Shown here: piece after piece, positions 9,625 through 18,196 of the stretch | How positions within the stretch are numbered: position 1 is the stretch's first letter | Layout: the number at the start of each line of letters is the position of its first letter | Assembly: GCA_965222075.1 (NCBI GenBank) | Contig: OZ244937.1 | Coordinates: forward strand, 3,296,001 to 3,360,000 | Origin: Candidatus Latescibacterota bacterium | Lineage (GTDB): Bacteria; Latescibacterota; UBA2968; GCA-2709665 | Length of the DNA stretch: 64,000 nt | Direction of reading: 5' to 3' | Notes under the pieces: generated by a model | Databases searched by the model: none | Told to the model about the DNA's origin: nothing | What the model saw: only the letters and a program-made list of their open reading frames with translations | Program-made: the position numbers and the translations under genes

Positions 9625-11061
9625 TCATCTTAAATCGTACCGCAGCAGCGCCACAGACGCGCCGACGAAAAAGACCAGCCCCCACAGCGCCAGCATCCCG
9701 ATATCCACCATCGCCGCCTGGACATCCTCTTCCGGCCATGTCTCCCGGTAGACCAGCCGGGGAAAATCGGAAAGATCCCAATCGTATTTTCCGTACTTCT
9801 CCGAATCTGCCCGGCCTAACTCTTTCTGCATATAATGTCTCCAGTACCAGTCACCTTGCCTATCCCGGGTCTGATGGACAATCTCTAAAAACCGCTGGTG
9901 CCGCTCCAGGTCCGTCCCTGCCAGCCGGAGCGTCGCGCTGTTGAACGCAAATGCCGGAGAGAACCGCGCCAGGACCATTGCCAGGCCCAGCCGGGCATTG
10001 TAGCGGTTGCGAAAGTTCGCCCGAAGCTGGTCGGCCCTGGGATCTCTGACCATCCGCTCCCCCTTCCAGACCCTATCCCGCATGAGCGCAAACCCCTCCC
10101 GGCCCTCTGGCGATCTCCACCAGTGTTCACCCCTCTTTGCGAAATAGCCCTCGATCCATTCGTCCTCAAGCTTATGACGCCTCTGATTGCTAAGCTGGAA
10201 CAGCGTCCTCAATTCGGCCTGCAGTCGCTGCGTAGACGGTGCGACCCGCACCATATCCGCAACAATCAGGCTCAAACGGGGCAGGATGGCCACCGTGCCC
10301 ACCCAGAAAAACAGCAGGATCACGAACGAAGTCGCCGCCTGGTGGGTCAGGCTGGACCCCAGAACGCCGGCGCAGACAAAAGCCGCCAGGTAAAGTCCAA
10401 AAGCCACAAGAATCAGCCCAAGCCGCAACAGCTCCGGATCTTTCAGCTGAACGTCCGGCAGAAGCAGAATCAACCCGATGCCGACCAGCAGGGGAAGCCC
10501 CAGCGCCGCCAGCATCGGAATCAGTGCGCCCACGATCTTGCCCATAAGCAGCCGCGCCCTCGGTGTTGGAAAGGAGAAGATCAGCCGCAGCGTCCCCCCC
10601 TCCTTCTCTCCGCAGACCGCATCGTACGTCATCAACAGCACGAACAGGCTCAACACAACCTGCACCACAATCGCCAGATCCAGCGGGGGGAAGACCCCCA
10701 GCACCGGTTCTTCTGCGGCCGGGCTGAACTTCAACCGTTGAATATGAACACCGGCCAGATAAACCGTCTGCCCAAGCGTCGCCTCGGCCCCACGCACAAA
10801 AATGCTCATCGGCGTAGGCGGTTTCTGCACCGGGTAGCCGAAGTTGCTGGCATAACGCGCATCGCCTGATTTGACCCGGTGCTGATAGTTGCTCTCCGTC
10901 CACGCCTGCGACCGCCGGTACTCCTTCAAACACCCCTGATAAAAAACATACCCGCTGAACAGGCTCGCCCAGACAATCACCGCCCCGATTCCCGACAGAA
11001 TCAAAAACCGGAGTCCCAGAATATGCTCCAGGATCTCCTTCCGAATCAGGTGACCGAGCAT
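9625..11061 (-). CDS. ABC-2-type permease, subtype B (pair 2)
   Basis: MLGHLIRKEILEHILGLRF; YDAVCGEKEGGTLRL; LRYDLR; SD GGAGAAGG. Confidence 0.9.
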   Translation of the reverse strand: MLGHLIRKEILEHILGLRFLILSGIGAVIVWASLFSGYVFYQGCLKEYRRSQAWTESNYQHRVKSGDARYASNFGYPVQKPPTPMSIFVRGAEATLGQTVYLAGVHIQRLKFSPAAEEPVLGVFPPLDLAIVVQVVLSLFVLLMTYDAVCGEKEGGTLRLIFSFPTPRARLLMGKIVGALIPMLAALGLPLLVGIGLILLLPDVQLKDPELLRLGLILVAFGLYLAAFVCAGVLGSSLTHQAATSFVILLFFWVGTVAILPRLSLIVADMVRVAPSTQRLQAELRTLFQLSNQRRHKLEDEWIEGYFAKRGEHWWRSPEGREGFALMRDRVWKGERMVRDPRADQLRANFRNRYNARLGLAMVLARFSPAFAFNSATLRLAGTDLERHQRFLEIVHQTRDRQGDWYWRHYMQKELGRADSEKYGKYDWDLSDFPRLVYRETWPEEDVQAAMVDIGMLALWGLVFFVGASVALLRYDLR

Positions 11062-11099
11062 AGGGATTCCCTTCTCCATGTAGAGAATAAATGCACAGA

Positions 11100-11116
11100 G
11101 TTGACCCCATGTCAAC
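11100..11116. promoter_or_regulatory. palindrome GTTGAC-N5-GTCAAC overlapping a TTGACA box upstream of the ABC operon
   Basis: Perfect inverted repeat about 40 bp upstream of the first permease. Confidence 0.35.
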
Positions 11117-11119
11117 CGC

Positions 11120-11180
11120 AAAAAGACCTCGGGTGCGCGCCTGTGTCCTGGTGTATCGGCGCCGTCCTCAACGGAGGTCT
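11120..11180 (-). terminator. hairpin plus U-tract between MQT peptide 1 and the ABC operon
   Basis: AGACCTC...GAGGTCT followed by TTTT on the minus strand; large loop. Confidence 0.4.
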
Positions 11181-11370
11181 AAAGCTCCCCTCTGGCCTCT
11201 ACCTTTACGGGTTCTCCACCGCTTGCCTGCTCACTCTCAAACATAAACTTTATATGAACAAGGCCAAAAGAGACAATGATCAGAACGAGAACCACCAGAA
11301 TGCAGAGACCCGCACTTTGAAGATTGTTGCGTTCCTCCTTCCGCCCCAGAACCTCTTTAAGCGTCTGCAT
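11179..11370 (-). CDS. small single-TM peptide, MQT family copy 1 (63 aa)
   Basis: SD AGGAGG; MQTLKEVLGRKEERNNLQSAGLCILVVLVLIIVSFGLV; paralogs elsewhere in the window. Confidence 0.75.
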   Translation of the reverse strand: MQTLKEVLGRKEERNNLQSAGLCILVVLVLIIVSFGLVHIKFMFESEQASGGEPVKVEARGEL

Positions 11371-11532
11371 ACAATACCCTCCTGTCCGTCTCTGCCAGGA
11401 CGGGTGTGATCAGTCGGAGCGACCAGACACGCGGCCTGGTCCATTCTTCAGATTTGACACGTAAAACAGGATCGATGTTTCAACAAATTGAAGCCCGGAT
11501 GCACCGGGGCTGACCCCCAAATCCGCAACCGC

Positions 11533-12114
11533 TCAATCCCCCATCACCCCGGACACCTCAAACGCCTCCTTCAACTGCGCTCGCGCCCGGTAGAGCCAGC
11601 TCTTCACCGTCCCGACCGGTACCTGGAGTTCCTCGGTAATCTCCAGGTACGACCGCTCCTCCACATACCGCAACCGCATCGCCTCCCGGTAGGGCGTCGG
11701 CAGCCCGCTGATGCCCTGTATCAACAGGTTCTGGTTCTCTTTCCGGTCCAGAACCTCTTCGGGATCCTCATCGTAGGCGGGTTCCCACGTCTCCCGCAAC
11801 TCTGGCCCGGCATCTGCAACCACATCCATCCGGGCCTGCCGCGCCCGCTGTGCCCGGAAGTGTGTGGTACACACATTGATGGCAATCTGTGTCAACCACG
11901 TCGAAAAGGCCGCCTCGCCCCGGAACCCCGCCAGCCCCAGGAAGGCCCGCATAAACGTCACCTGCACCAGGTCTTCCGCATCGTCCTGGTTACACGTGCG
12001 CCCCCTTACGGCCGCATAGATCCTGGGCTGATACGTCCGGAAGAGGCTCCCAAATGCATCCGTGTCCCCGTCCAGCGTTCGGCGCACCAGCTCTTTCGCC
12101 TTTGTCCGTGACAT
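11533..12114 (-). CDS. ECF RNA polymerase sigma-70 factor
   Basis: Region 2 DAEDLVQVTF..FSTWLTQIAIN; region 4 SYLEI..PVGTVKSWLYRAR. Confidence 0.95.
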   Translation of the reverse strand: MSRTKAKELVRRTLDGDTDAFGSLFRTYQPRIYAAVRGRTCNQDDAEDLVQVTFMRAFLGLAGFRGEAAFSTWLTQIAINVCTTHFRAQRARQARMDVVADAGPELRETWEPAYDEDPEEVLDRKENQNLLIQGISGLPTPYREAMRLRYVEERSYLEITEELQVPVGTVKSWLYRARAQLKEAFEVSGVMGD

Positions 12115-12206
12115 GCTTAACCTCTTCATTTACATAAGATAAAATCCACTTGAGATCACTATTCCATCTCGGAGACCAGACCCGCATGCCCCAAGTCCGT
12201 AGAGAC

Positions 12207-12365
12207 CTACTCCCTGTGGACATCCTCCGAAAAGACCTGTTTCATAAGAACCAGTCCGAAAGCGCCCATAACCAGCGCCAGGACCGCCAGCACGCAGAAC
12301 CCGACGTTTTTCAGGTTCCGGCACTCCTCCTTCCGGCTGAAAACTTCTTTGAAGGTCTGCATCAT
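12207..12365 (-). CDS. small single-TM peptide, MQT family copy 2 (52 aa; not in ORF track)
   Basis: SD AGGAGG; MMQTFKEVFSRKEECRNLKNVGFCVLAVLALVMGAFGLVLMKQVFSEDVHRE; aligns without gaps to copy 1. Confidence 0.75.
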   Translation of the reverse strand: MMQTFKEVFSRKEECRNLKNVGFCVLAVLALVMGAFGLVLMKQVFSEDVHRE

Positions 12366-12494
12366 GCGCCTCCTGATCGCTTTGTTGGCCGGTGCGCCAT
12401 ACCCTCATATCGTATTGAACGCACCGTGTTTACCTGTCAATGTGATTCGGAAACCCTCGCATCGTCCCGCCAAAGACTCGCCTGAGGACCTTCC

Positions 12495-12560
12495 TTATTC
12501 CATCTCCCACACCTTCGCCCAATACCGTACGGCAAATACCGCAGCTGACGCACGCTTCAT
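12495..12560 (-). CDS. putative 21-aa sORF MKRASAAVFAVRYWAKVWEME
   Basis: Near-perfect SD AAAGGAGGTGG immediately upstream of the ATG. Confidence 0.35.
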   Translation of the reverse strand: MKRASAAVFAVRYWAKVWEME

Positions 12561-12594
12561 ATCCACCTCCTTTCAAAAGCTTGCAAGACCATAA

Positions 12595-12672
12595 GAAAAA
12601 ACCACGGCGTCCTGCTCGTGCCGTGGCCTGTAGTGGAGAGACCAAAAAAGCCATCCGGGTGAGAATGGCTTA
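12595..12672 (-). terminator. two tandem intrinsic terminator-like hairpins
   Basis: AAGCCAT..ATGGCTT+T-run and CCACGGC..GCCGTGG+T-run on the minus strand. Confidence 0.55.
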
Positions 12673-13099
12673 ATGTTCGTCCCAACAACGAACGTTCTTC
12701 GCCTGAATCTCCCCAGACACGAGAAGGATCATCTGCTGATCGACTCGGATATCCTGGAAGAGACACAGACAGGGAAACCGGATAATTCTAAAGGTTTTTT
12801 GGTGATCTTCCGCAAAATCAACCAGTTACCCCAAAACTATGGCATCTTCCAGACTATCCCGCCGGCCCTATAATAGGCCGCTTGGAATGCAAAGACATCC
12901 CGCACCCTTCCCAATAACGTACAGCTCTGCCGGCGCTGGTGTCGACCATTTCGACGATAGTCTGGATCAGCATCGTGAACTCCCTTTGGATTGGAATTCC
13001 ACCAGCAAATTTGCGCGAATTCATTCAAGTTTCAGAATATAAGGATTGACTGGAGCAATGTCAAGAAAAAATTGCCTCTACAGATCACTTTCTCCTCAG

Positions 13100-13280
13100 G
13101 CTACGACTTCCACGTGCGGATGAGCGCCTCAAGATCCTGTCAATCGTCATCGGGACGCATCTGTCTCGCGGCGTCTCCTCAATAAGCTGGACAATCGGCT
13201 CAATTTCCGGGCTGAACCGGACCATGTCCGGTGTCAGCGTCAACCTGATTCAGGTATCGTCCTGTTTGTTGTTTCAACAT
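13100..13280 (-). pseudogene. frameshifted N-terminal fragment of a hypothetical protein
   Basis: SD GAGGAGG + ATG (MLKQQTGRYL), then a shifted frame reads LTPDMVRFSPEIEPIVQLIEETPRD before decaying. Confidence 0.4.
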
Positions 13281-13315
13281 AGCCCATCCTCCTCTATCAA
13301 AAAGTAGGCCATACA

Positions 13316-13498
13316 TTACCTCTCTGCAACAATTAAATGCAAGTCCCCAAACTCATGCCAGAGGTACTGCTCACGCAGCGCCTGGTCCAGGTCCACCGAC
13401 CGGTTCATCTCTTTGGCAACCGTATTGAGAATGGCCAACTCCCGGTTGCGCTGCTTCAATTTATCGGCGTCGGCCTTCTCGTTCTCTTCATCGGGCAT
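13316..13498 (-). pseudogene. truncated GAF-sensor (histidine kinase-like) N-terminus
   Basis: KLKQRNRELAILNTVAKEMNRSVDLDQAL is a typical helix leading into a GAF domain; the ORF ends after 60 aa. Confidence 0.55.
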
Positions 13499-13551
13499 CG
13501 GCTACCGTCTCCACTCAGACATATCATTGGAAAACCGGATCATACGGCATC

Positions 13552-15282
13552 TCATCTTGTGGAATCTGTGAGACGGAACGGCGCGGCAGCGCGTCCCCCT
13601 TTTGGCAGCCCAAGCGGCAACTGGACATCCAGGAGAAACGGGCGATGTTCTCCCTCAACCACATCCAACCCACGGTCAATCGCTTCGGTAAGACAAGACT
13701 CATCCTCAACGTGCATACCCTCCACGCCAAACCCCTCCGCAACCTTCACCGGATCGATGCTATCCAGGACCACACCGGCATATTCACCGGTCTGCTTCAT
13801 CCTGCCCTCAGCCCGCCCAAAGTAGTTCGCCACAATGCCGTAGGACCGGTTATTCGGAATAACGTAGAGCACCGGAATCCCGTGGTGCGCCGCCGTCCAG
13901 AGTCCCGAGTCCGCATAGAACACCGAACCGTCTCCGATCAGCCCAACCACGGGTCGAGATGGCGCCCCGAGTTTCAACCCCATCGCCCCACCAATCCCAT
14001 AGCCCTCCGCTCCCCCGGCGGCCTGGACATACACATTCCTGCCCGCATCATCCCCCCCGCCTATGCTGTTTAACGGCAGGACAAACTGCTCAATCATGAT
14101 CAGTCCGCCCCCCACGCGCTCCAGAGCCTGATCAAGCGCATCCGCCAGCACCCACGGACGCACCCGGGAGGGCTGCGGTTCAACCTTCTGCGCAGCCTTC
14201 AGACGCTGCGCACGGAGGGCGGCGGCCTGCTCCTGCGCCCAGGCGCGCCGCTCGTCAAAGCGCTCTGATGTCGCATCCAGCAATTCCTCCAAACGCTCAA
14301 GCGTCCGGCGTTCGTCGGCTAAGATACCCAGATCCAGGCCCTGGGTATTATTGAGATTCTCCACATCCGAGCCTATGGCGATAATACGCTGCGCCGTGGA
14401 GAACGACCTGAGATCCCGGGGCTGTCCACTCCCACCGTGGCGCACGCCGATACAGAGGATCAGATCCGGATTGAGCGCAGCCACCGCCTGGTCAAACCGT
14501 CCACAATGGAGCCTGTGTTTTATCGGAACGCTCCGCAACTCCGCCCAGCCGCTTGCAGCGGGGGCGCCAACATGCTCGGCAAGCGCGGTGACCTGCGCCT
14601 CTGCTCCGCTCTTCCAGACCCCATCCCCAACGTAAAGCAGCGGACGCTCGGCCTCATGCAGGGCACGGGCGACCTCTTCTACGTCGCCATCTGCCGGATA
14701 CCCGGCTCGAAGGTCTGGAACGCCGCCTTCAACAATGTTCGCACGAACCTGCCGGGTGTCCAGCAGCCGATCGTAAACGGCGAGGTGTACCGGGCCAACC
14801 GGGGGCGTCCTGGCAACCTGCAAGGCACGGGTGACCGCCTGCGGCAGCCCTTCCGGTTCAATCACCGTCCAGTTCGCCTTGGTAAAAGGTCCCGAGATTG
14901 ACGTTGGACCCACATTGTGACTCAGATCCAGGCCGATCCTGTCCACGTAGCTCCCCGTATCTCCCGCAAACGTGATGACCACAACGGGCAGGCTGCCGGT
15001 CCAGACGTTAATCAGTTGTCCCAGGCATTGGGCCAGCCCTGCCCCGAGATGGACCGAAATAACTGCCGGATCCAGCGCAACCTGTGTGTACCCTCCGGCC
15101 ATGGCCGTGACGCTCCCCTCGTGGAGCCCCAGGATGCCGTGTATGCCGGGATGCGCATGCAGCGCATCGAAAAAGTGCGCTTCGCGCGATCCGGAGTTGT
15201 AGAACAGATACTCTACACCCGATGCCGCGAGCTGCTCGATCATAATCTGGGATGGATTCGCCGTGATTGATCTCATCTGCAT
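13552..15282 (-). CDS. thiamine pyrophosphate-binding enzyme (benzoylformate decarboxylase-like)
   Basis: LGLHE catalytic Glu region; TPP motif GDGS..N(N)RSY. Confidence 0.9.
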   Translation of the reverse strand: MQMRSITANPSQIMIEQLAASGVEYLFYNSGSREAHFFDALHAHPGIHGILGLHEGSVTAMAGGYTQVALDPAVISVHLGAGLAQCLGQLINVWTGSLPVVVITFAGDTGSYVDRIGLDLSHNVGPTSISGPFTKANWTVIEPEGLPQAVTRALQVARTPPVGPVHLAVYDRLLDTRQVRANIVEGGVPDLRAGYPADGDVEEVARALHEAERPLLYVGDGVWKSGAEAQVTALAEHVGAPAASGWAELRSVPIKHRLHCGRFDQAVAALNPDLILCIGVRHGGSGQPRDLRSFSTAQRIIAIGSDVENLNNTQGLDLGILADERRTLERLEELLDATSERFDERRAWAQEQAAALRAQRLKAAQKVEPQPSRVRPWVLADALDQALERVGGGLIMIEQFVLPLNSIGGGDDAGRNVYVQAAGGAEGYGIGGAMGLKLGAPSRPVVGLIGDGSVFYADSGLWTAAHHGIPVLYVIPNNRSYGIVANYFGRAEGRMKQTGEYAGVVLDSIDPVKVAEGFGVEGMHVEDESCLTEAIDRGLDVVEGEHRPFLLDVQLPLGLPKGGRAAAPFRLTDSTR

Positions 15283-15322
15283 GAGGCGTAACCTCCCTCT
15301 CTTTGTCGTGGAACGTAAACGA

Positions 15323-16399
15323 TCACACCACCTGATATCGCTCGATGTCTGCCGCTTCCGCCGCCTCTTCGCTCAAGGAAACATTCAACTTGCCTGCCCA
15401 CTCCTGAATCTGTCCGTAGATCGTATCGGGCAGTTCGATGCCATCTACCAAACGCGCTACACGAAACCGGCGCTCAAAATCCCCGGGAACCAGCACCTCG
15501 TCAAAGCCGGGGGCCGGCAGCATTGCCTTCATACCGTCCAGCAGCGCCCGTACGCCCTTTTGGTAGGCCTCCAGCGGCGTAAACGCACCCACATTCACCA
15601 CCTGCATAAACGCCCCGTTCATCTCGCCCTTCTCAACGTTGAAACTCCCGGACAGCCCGCCCAGCAGGCAGACCAGCAGCGCAAGCGCGTATCCCTTGTG
15701 CTCACCGAACGGCAGCAGGTACCCACCCTCGTAAAAATCCATCGTCCTCACGCTGGGATTCCCGTGCTTATCCACAATATACCCTTCGGGCAAATCCGCG
15801 TTTTCGCTCCTGGCAACCTGGAGCTTTCCCTCGGCAACCCTGCTCGTGGCGAAATCGATAATAAACGGCGTATCGTCGCCGGTTGGAACACCCACCGCCA
15901 TGGGATTGGTGCCCAGCGCTCCCACCGTACCCCCAAAAGGCACGGTCGCTCCGTTGTTCTTCGCGCCGCCACCAACGGTGATCATACCAATACACCCCGC
16001 ACGCGTCGCCGCCTCTGCGTACTCCCCCAGCCGCCCGATATGCTCAATGCGGAGAAAACTCACACAGCACACATCCGCCTGCATTGCCTTCTCAATCGCC
16101 AGACCCATTGCCTTTCGGGCAGCGTAATGTCCAAACCCGCCGTTCCCATCCACAAGCAGCGTATTGGCCGTCTCATTGACCACCTTCGGCTCGGCAGCCG
16201 GATCAAGCCCACCCTCTGAGATACTTTGCAAATAGGCGGGAATGCGAAGCACCCCGTGCGAGTCGTGTCCGGCGAGATTTGAATTGACCAGTATCTCCGC
16301 AACATCGTCGGCAACAGGACGGGGCGTGTCCGCCGCCATCAACAGCCGCCGCGTCATCGCGTGGAGATCACCGGCCTGGAAACAATGGGTTTCTCCCAT
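15323..16399 (-). CDS. Ldh_2 family oxidoreductase (malate/L-lactate/ureidoglycolate dehydrogenase-like)
   Basis: GHDSHG, HIGRLG, GTNP, DFATS and HKGYAL motifs. Confidence 0.92.
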   Translation of the reverse strand: MGETHCFQAGDLHAMTRRLLMAADTPRPVADDVAEILVNSNLAGHDSHGVLRIPAYLQSISEGGLDPAAEPKVVNETANTLLVDGNGGFGHYAARKAMGLAIEKAMQADVCCVSFLRIEHIGRLGEYAEAATRAGCIGMITVGGGAKNNGATVPFGGTVGALGTNPMAVGVPTGDDTPFIIDFATSRVAEGKLQVARSENADLPEGYIVDKHGNPSVRTMDFYEGGYLLPFGEHKGYALALLVCLLGGLSGSFNVEKGEMNGAFMQVVNVGAFTPLEAYQKGVRALLDGMKAMLPAPGFDEVLVPGDFERRFRVARLVDGIELPDTIYGQIQEWAGKLNVSLSEEAAEAADIERYQVV

Positions 16400-16419
16400 C
16401 GGGAATTCTCCTTTATCGC

Positions 16420-17115
16420 CTATCGCCACTCGATCAGCGCTTTCACATACGCGCGGCCCACGAGGCGGTGGGCCTCACGCAGGTAGGGGAGGTGGTGGCC
16501 GGCGAGGATGCAATCCACCGGCAGGCTGGAAAGCCGCTTCAGCGTCTGGATATACGTTGGCTTGTCAAACTCCTCTCCCCCCTGCCAGCCCAGTTCCGGC
16601 TGGTAGCCGGTATTCTGGCAGAACACAACATCGCCTGCGAACCAGATGATCTTTCCGGCATTCCTGAGCTGGTAGATCACGCAGCCGTTCGTATGCCCGG
16701 GCGCATGGATCACCTCGAACCGAAACCCGTAGGCCTCGATCACATCCCCGTCCTCAACCACCCGGTCCACCTTGCAGGCCGGCAGCGGGAACCCCGCCGC
16801 GTATGGAATCGTGCGGTAGTCGGACCGCTCGATCCCCTCCGCATCGCCGGGACCTGCGATCACCGTTGCGCCCCGCTCTCTCAGTGCAGCCGCGTTGCCG
16901 ATGTGATCGTAGTGGCTGTGCGTCAGGAACAGGTAATCCACCTTCTCCAACGAAATTCCCCAGACGCTCATCTGCCGCTCTGCCTGTTCTAAGTCTGCTT
17001 CAACCGAGCCTGCGTCCACCACAATATTGCCCTGCTCATTGTGGATCAGGTAAAAATTGGGATGCTTTGCATACGCAAACCCATCCAAAAGGTAGATATT
17101 GGGCAGAATCTGCAT
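16420..17115 (-). CDS. MBL-fold metallo-hydrolase
   Basis: THSHYDH, PGHT, GD and GH motifs. Confidence 0.92.
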   Translation of the reverse strand: MQILPNIYLLDGFAYAKHPNFYLIHNEQGNIVVDAGSVEADLEQAERQMSVWGISLEKVDYLFLTHSHYDHIGNAAALRERGATVIAGPGDAEGIERSDYRTIPYAAGFPLPACKVDRVVEDGDVIEAYGFRFEVIHAPGHTNGCVIYQLRNAGKIIWFAGDVVFCQNTGYQPELGWQGGEEFDKPTYIQTLKRLSSLPVDCILAGHHLPYLREAHRLVGRAYVKALIEWR

Positions 17116-17227
17116 AAACACTCCTTTTTAACGTGATGTGTGACTTCAAAAGAAGACAGCGAGTAATTTGACCTCACACAAAGGCACGAAGACACAAAGG
17201 GGGCTATCAGCTATCAGCCCCCGCACA

Positions 17228-17260
17228 CCTGCCTGCGCAGCGTAGTGCGCTGCAGGCAGG
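17228..17260. mobile_element. 33-bp palindromic mini-element CCTGCCTGC...GCAGGCAGG
   Basis: 9-bp terminal inverted repeats; its reverse complement closely matches the outer element at 45924-45983. Confidence 0.7.
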
Positions 17261-17308
17261 CGTCAGCCAATCGTTCAGACGGCGTCTCTCCACCCTGGTT
17301 CAAATTGA

Positions 17309-18181
17309 TCACACATCCGAAACATTCTGATCTTCCTCCCGAACAATCCCCCGCTGGTTGTCCCGGCAGCGCTCCAGGAACGTCCGGTCGCCTAAAAGAA
17401 ACGCAGGATCTTCCAGAATGCACCGCGTGCCCACGTCGATCAGCTCCCGCGCCTTCATCGTCATCACGTCAGCGTCTCCGATCTTTCCCCAATGCAAAAG
17501 CCCCCGCTTCTCCATCTCGGGCTCCACATTTGAATAATCCCGCGGCACATTCGGCGTGTGGACCTTTTGAACGTGGATGTGGCGTTGTCCGTTCTCATCC
17601 GCCACTTCAAGCCGGGAAGGCTCATCCATAAACGTATAGGGCGCGTACGCATACTCTTCGCAGGCATGCATCATGGTGCAGGTATTCCATCCCGTACCCA
17701 GGAACATATAATGGGCGTCCAGTTCGCCCAGCTTGCCCCACGCCGTATCCCGCCCGCACGGCGTGAAACAGCGAATCGCACCTTCGGCCAGATAAGCCGC
17801 GTGGTGGCCGATCGCGCACATCGGATTGCTCGAATCCAAGCACCGGACCGCGCCGGGTTGATGCCGAAACACCTCGGTAATCTTCCCCATCAACGAAGGT
17901 GAGTTCCTCACATCAAACGCCGGCTTCTGCTTACTCCGTGCGTAGTGCCAGTGCCACCCATTAAAATGGCACGTATGCACCGCCGCCGTACCCTTCGGCC
18001 CCACCGCCTCTAAAAAAGCCTCGATCACCGTCTCCGCGCCCCCTTCCACGTACCCCATACTGCTGAGCGAATTGTGAAAAAACACCACCTCCCCGCCGTT
18101 TATCCCCAGCCTTTGAAGCCCATCAATAATGTCGTTCTTATAGACAACCGTCTTGCCTTCCGGTGAATATAATTTAGCCAT
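17309..18181 (-). CDS. AAC(3)/YokD-family N-acetyltransferase
   Basis: HNSLSSMGYVEGGA..GPKGT, MGKITEVFR, TMMHACE (family motif T.LH.AE). Confidence 0.85.
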   Translation of the reverse strand: MAKLYSPEGKTVVYKNDIIDGLQRLGINGGEVVFFHNSLSSMGYVEGGAETVIEAFLEAVGPKGTAAVHTCHFNGWHWHYARSKQKPAFDVRNSPSLMGKITEVFRHQPGAVRCLDSSNPMCAIGHHAAYLAEGAIRCFTPCGRDTAWGKLGELDAHYMFLGTGWNTCTMMHACEEYAYAPYTFMDEPSRLEVADENGQRHIHVQKVHTPNVPRDYSNVEPEMEKRGLLHWGKIGDADVMTMKARELIDVGTRCILEDPAFLLGDRTFLERCRDNQRGIVREEDQNVSDV

Positions 18182-18196
18182 GGGTCAACCCCCAAT

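Noticed and set aside
11179-12365. MQT peptides as RiPP precursors or pilins
   Set aside because: No modifying enzymes nearby, no double-glycine leader and no prepilin G|FxxxE motif.
16420-18181. Antibiotic-resistance cluster (MBL + AAC(3))
   Set aside because: Both are generic superfamily members; the MBL has no signal peptide and the context is catabolic.
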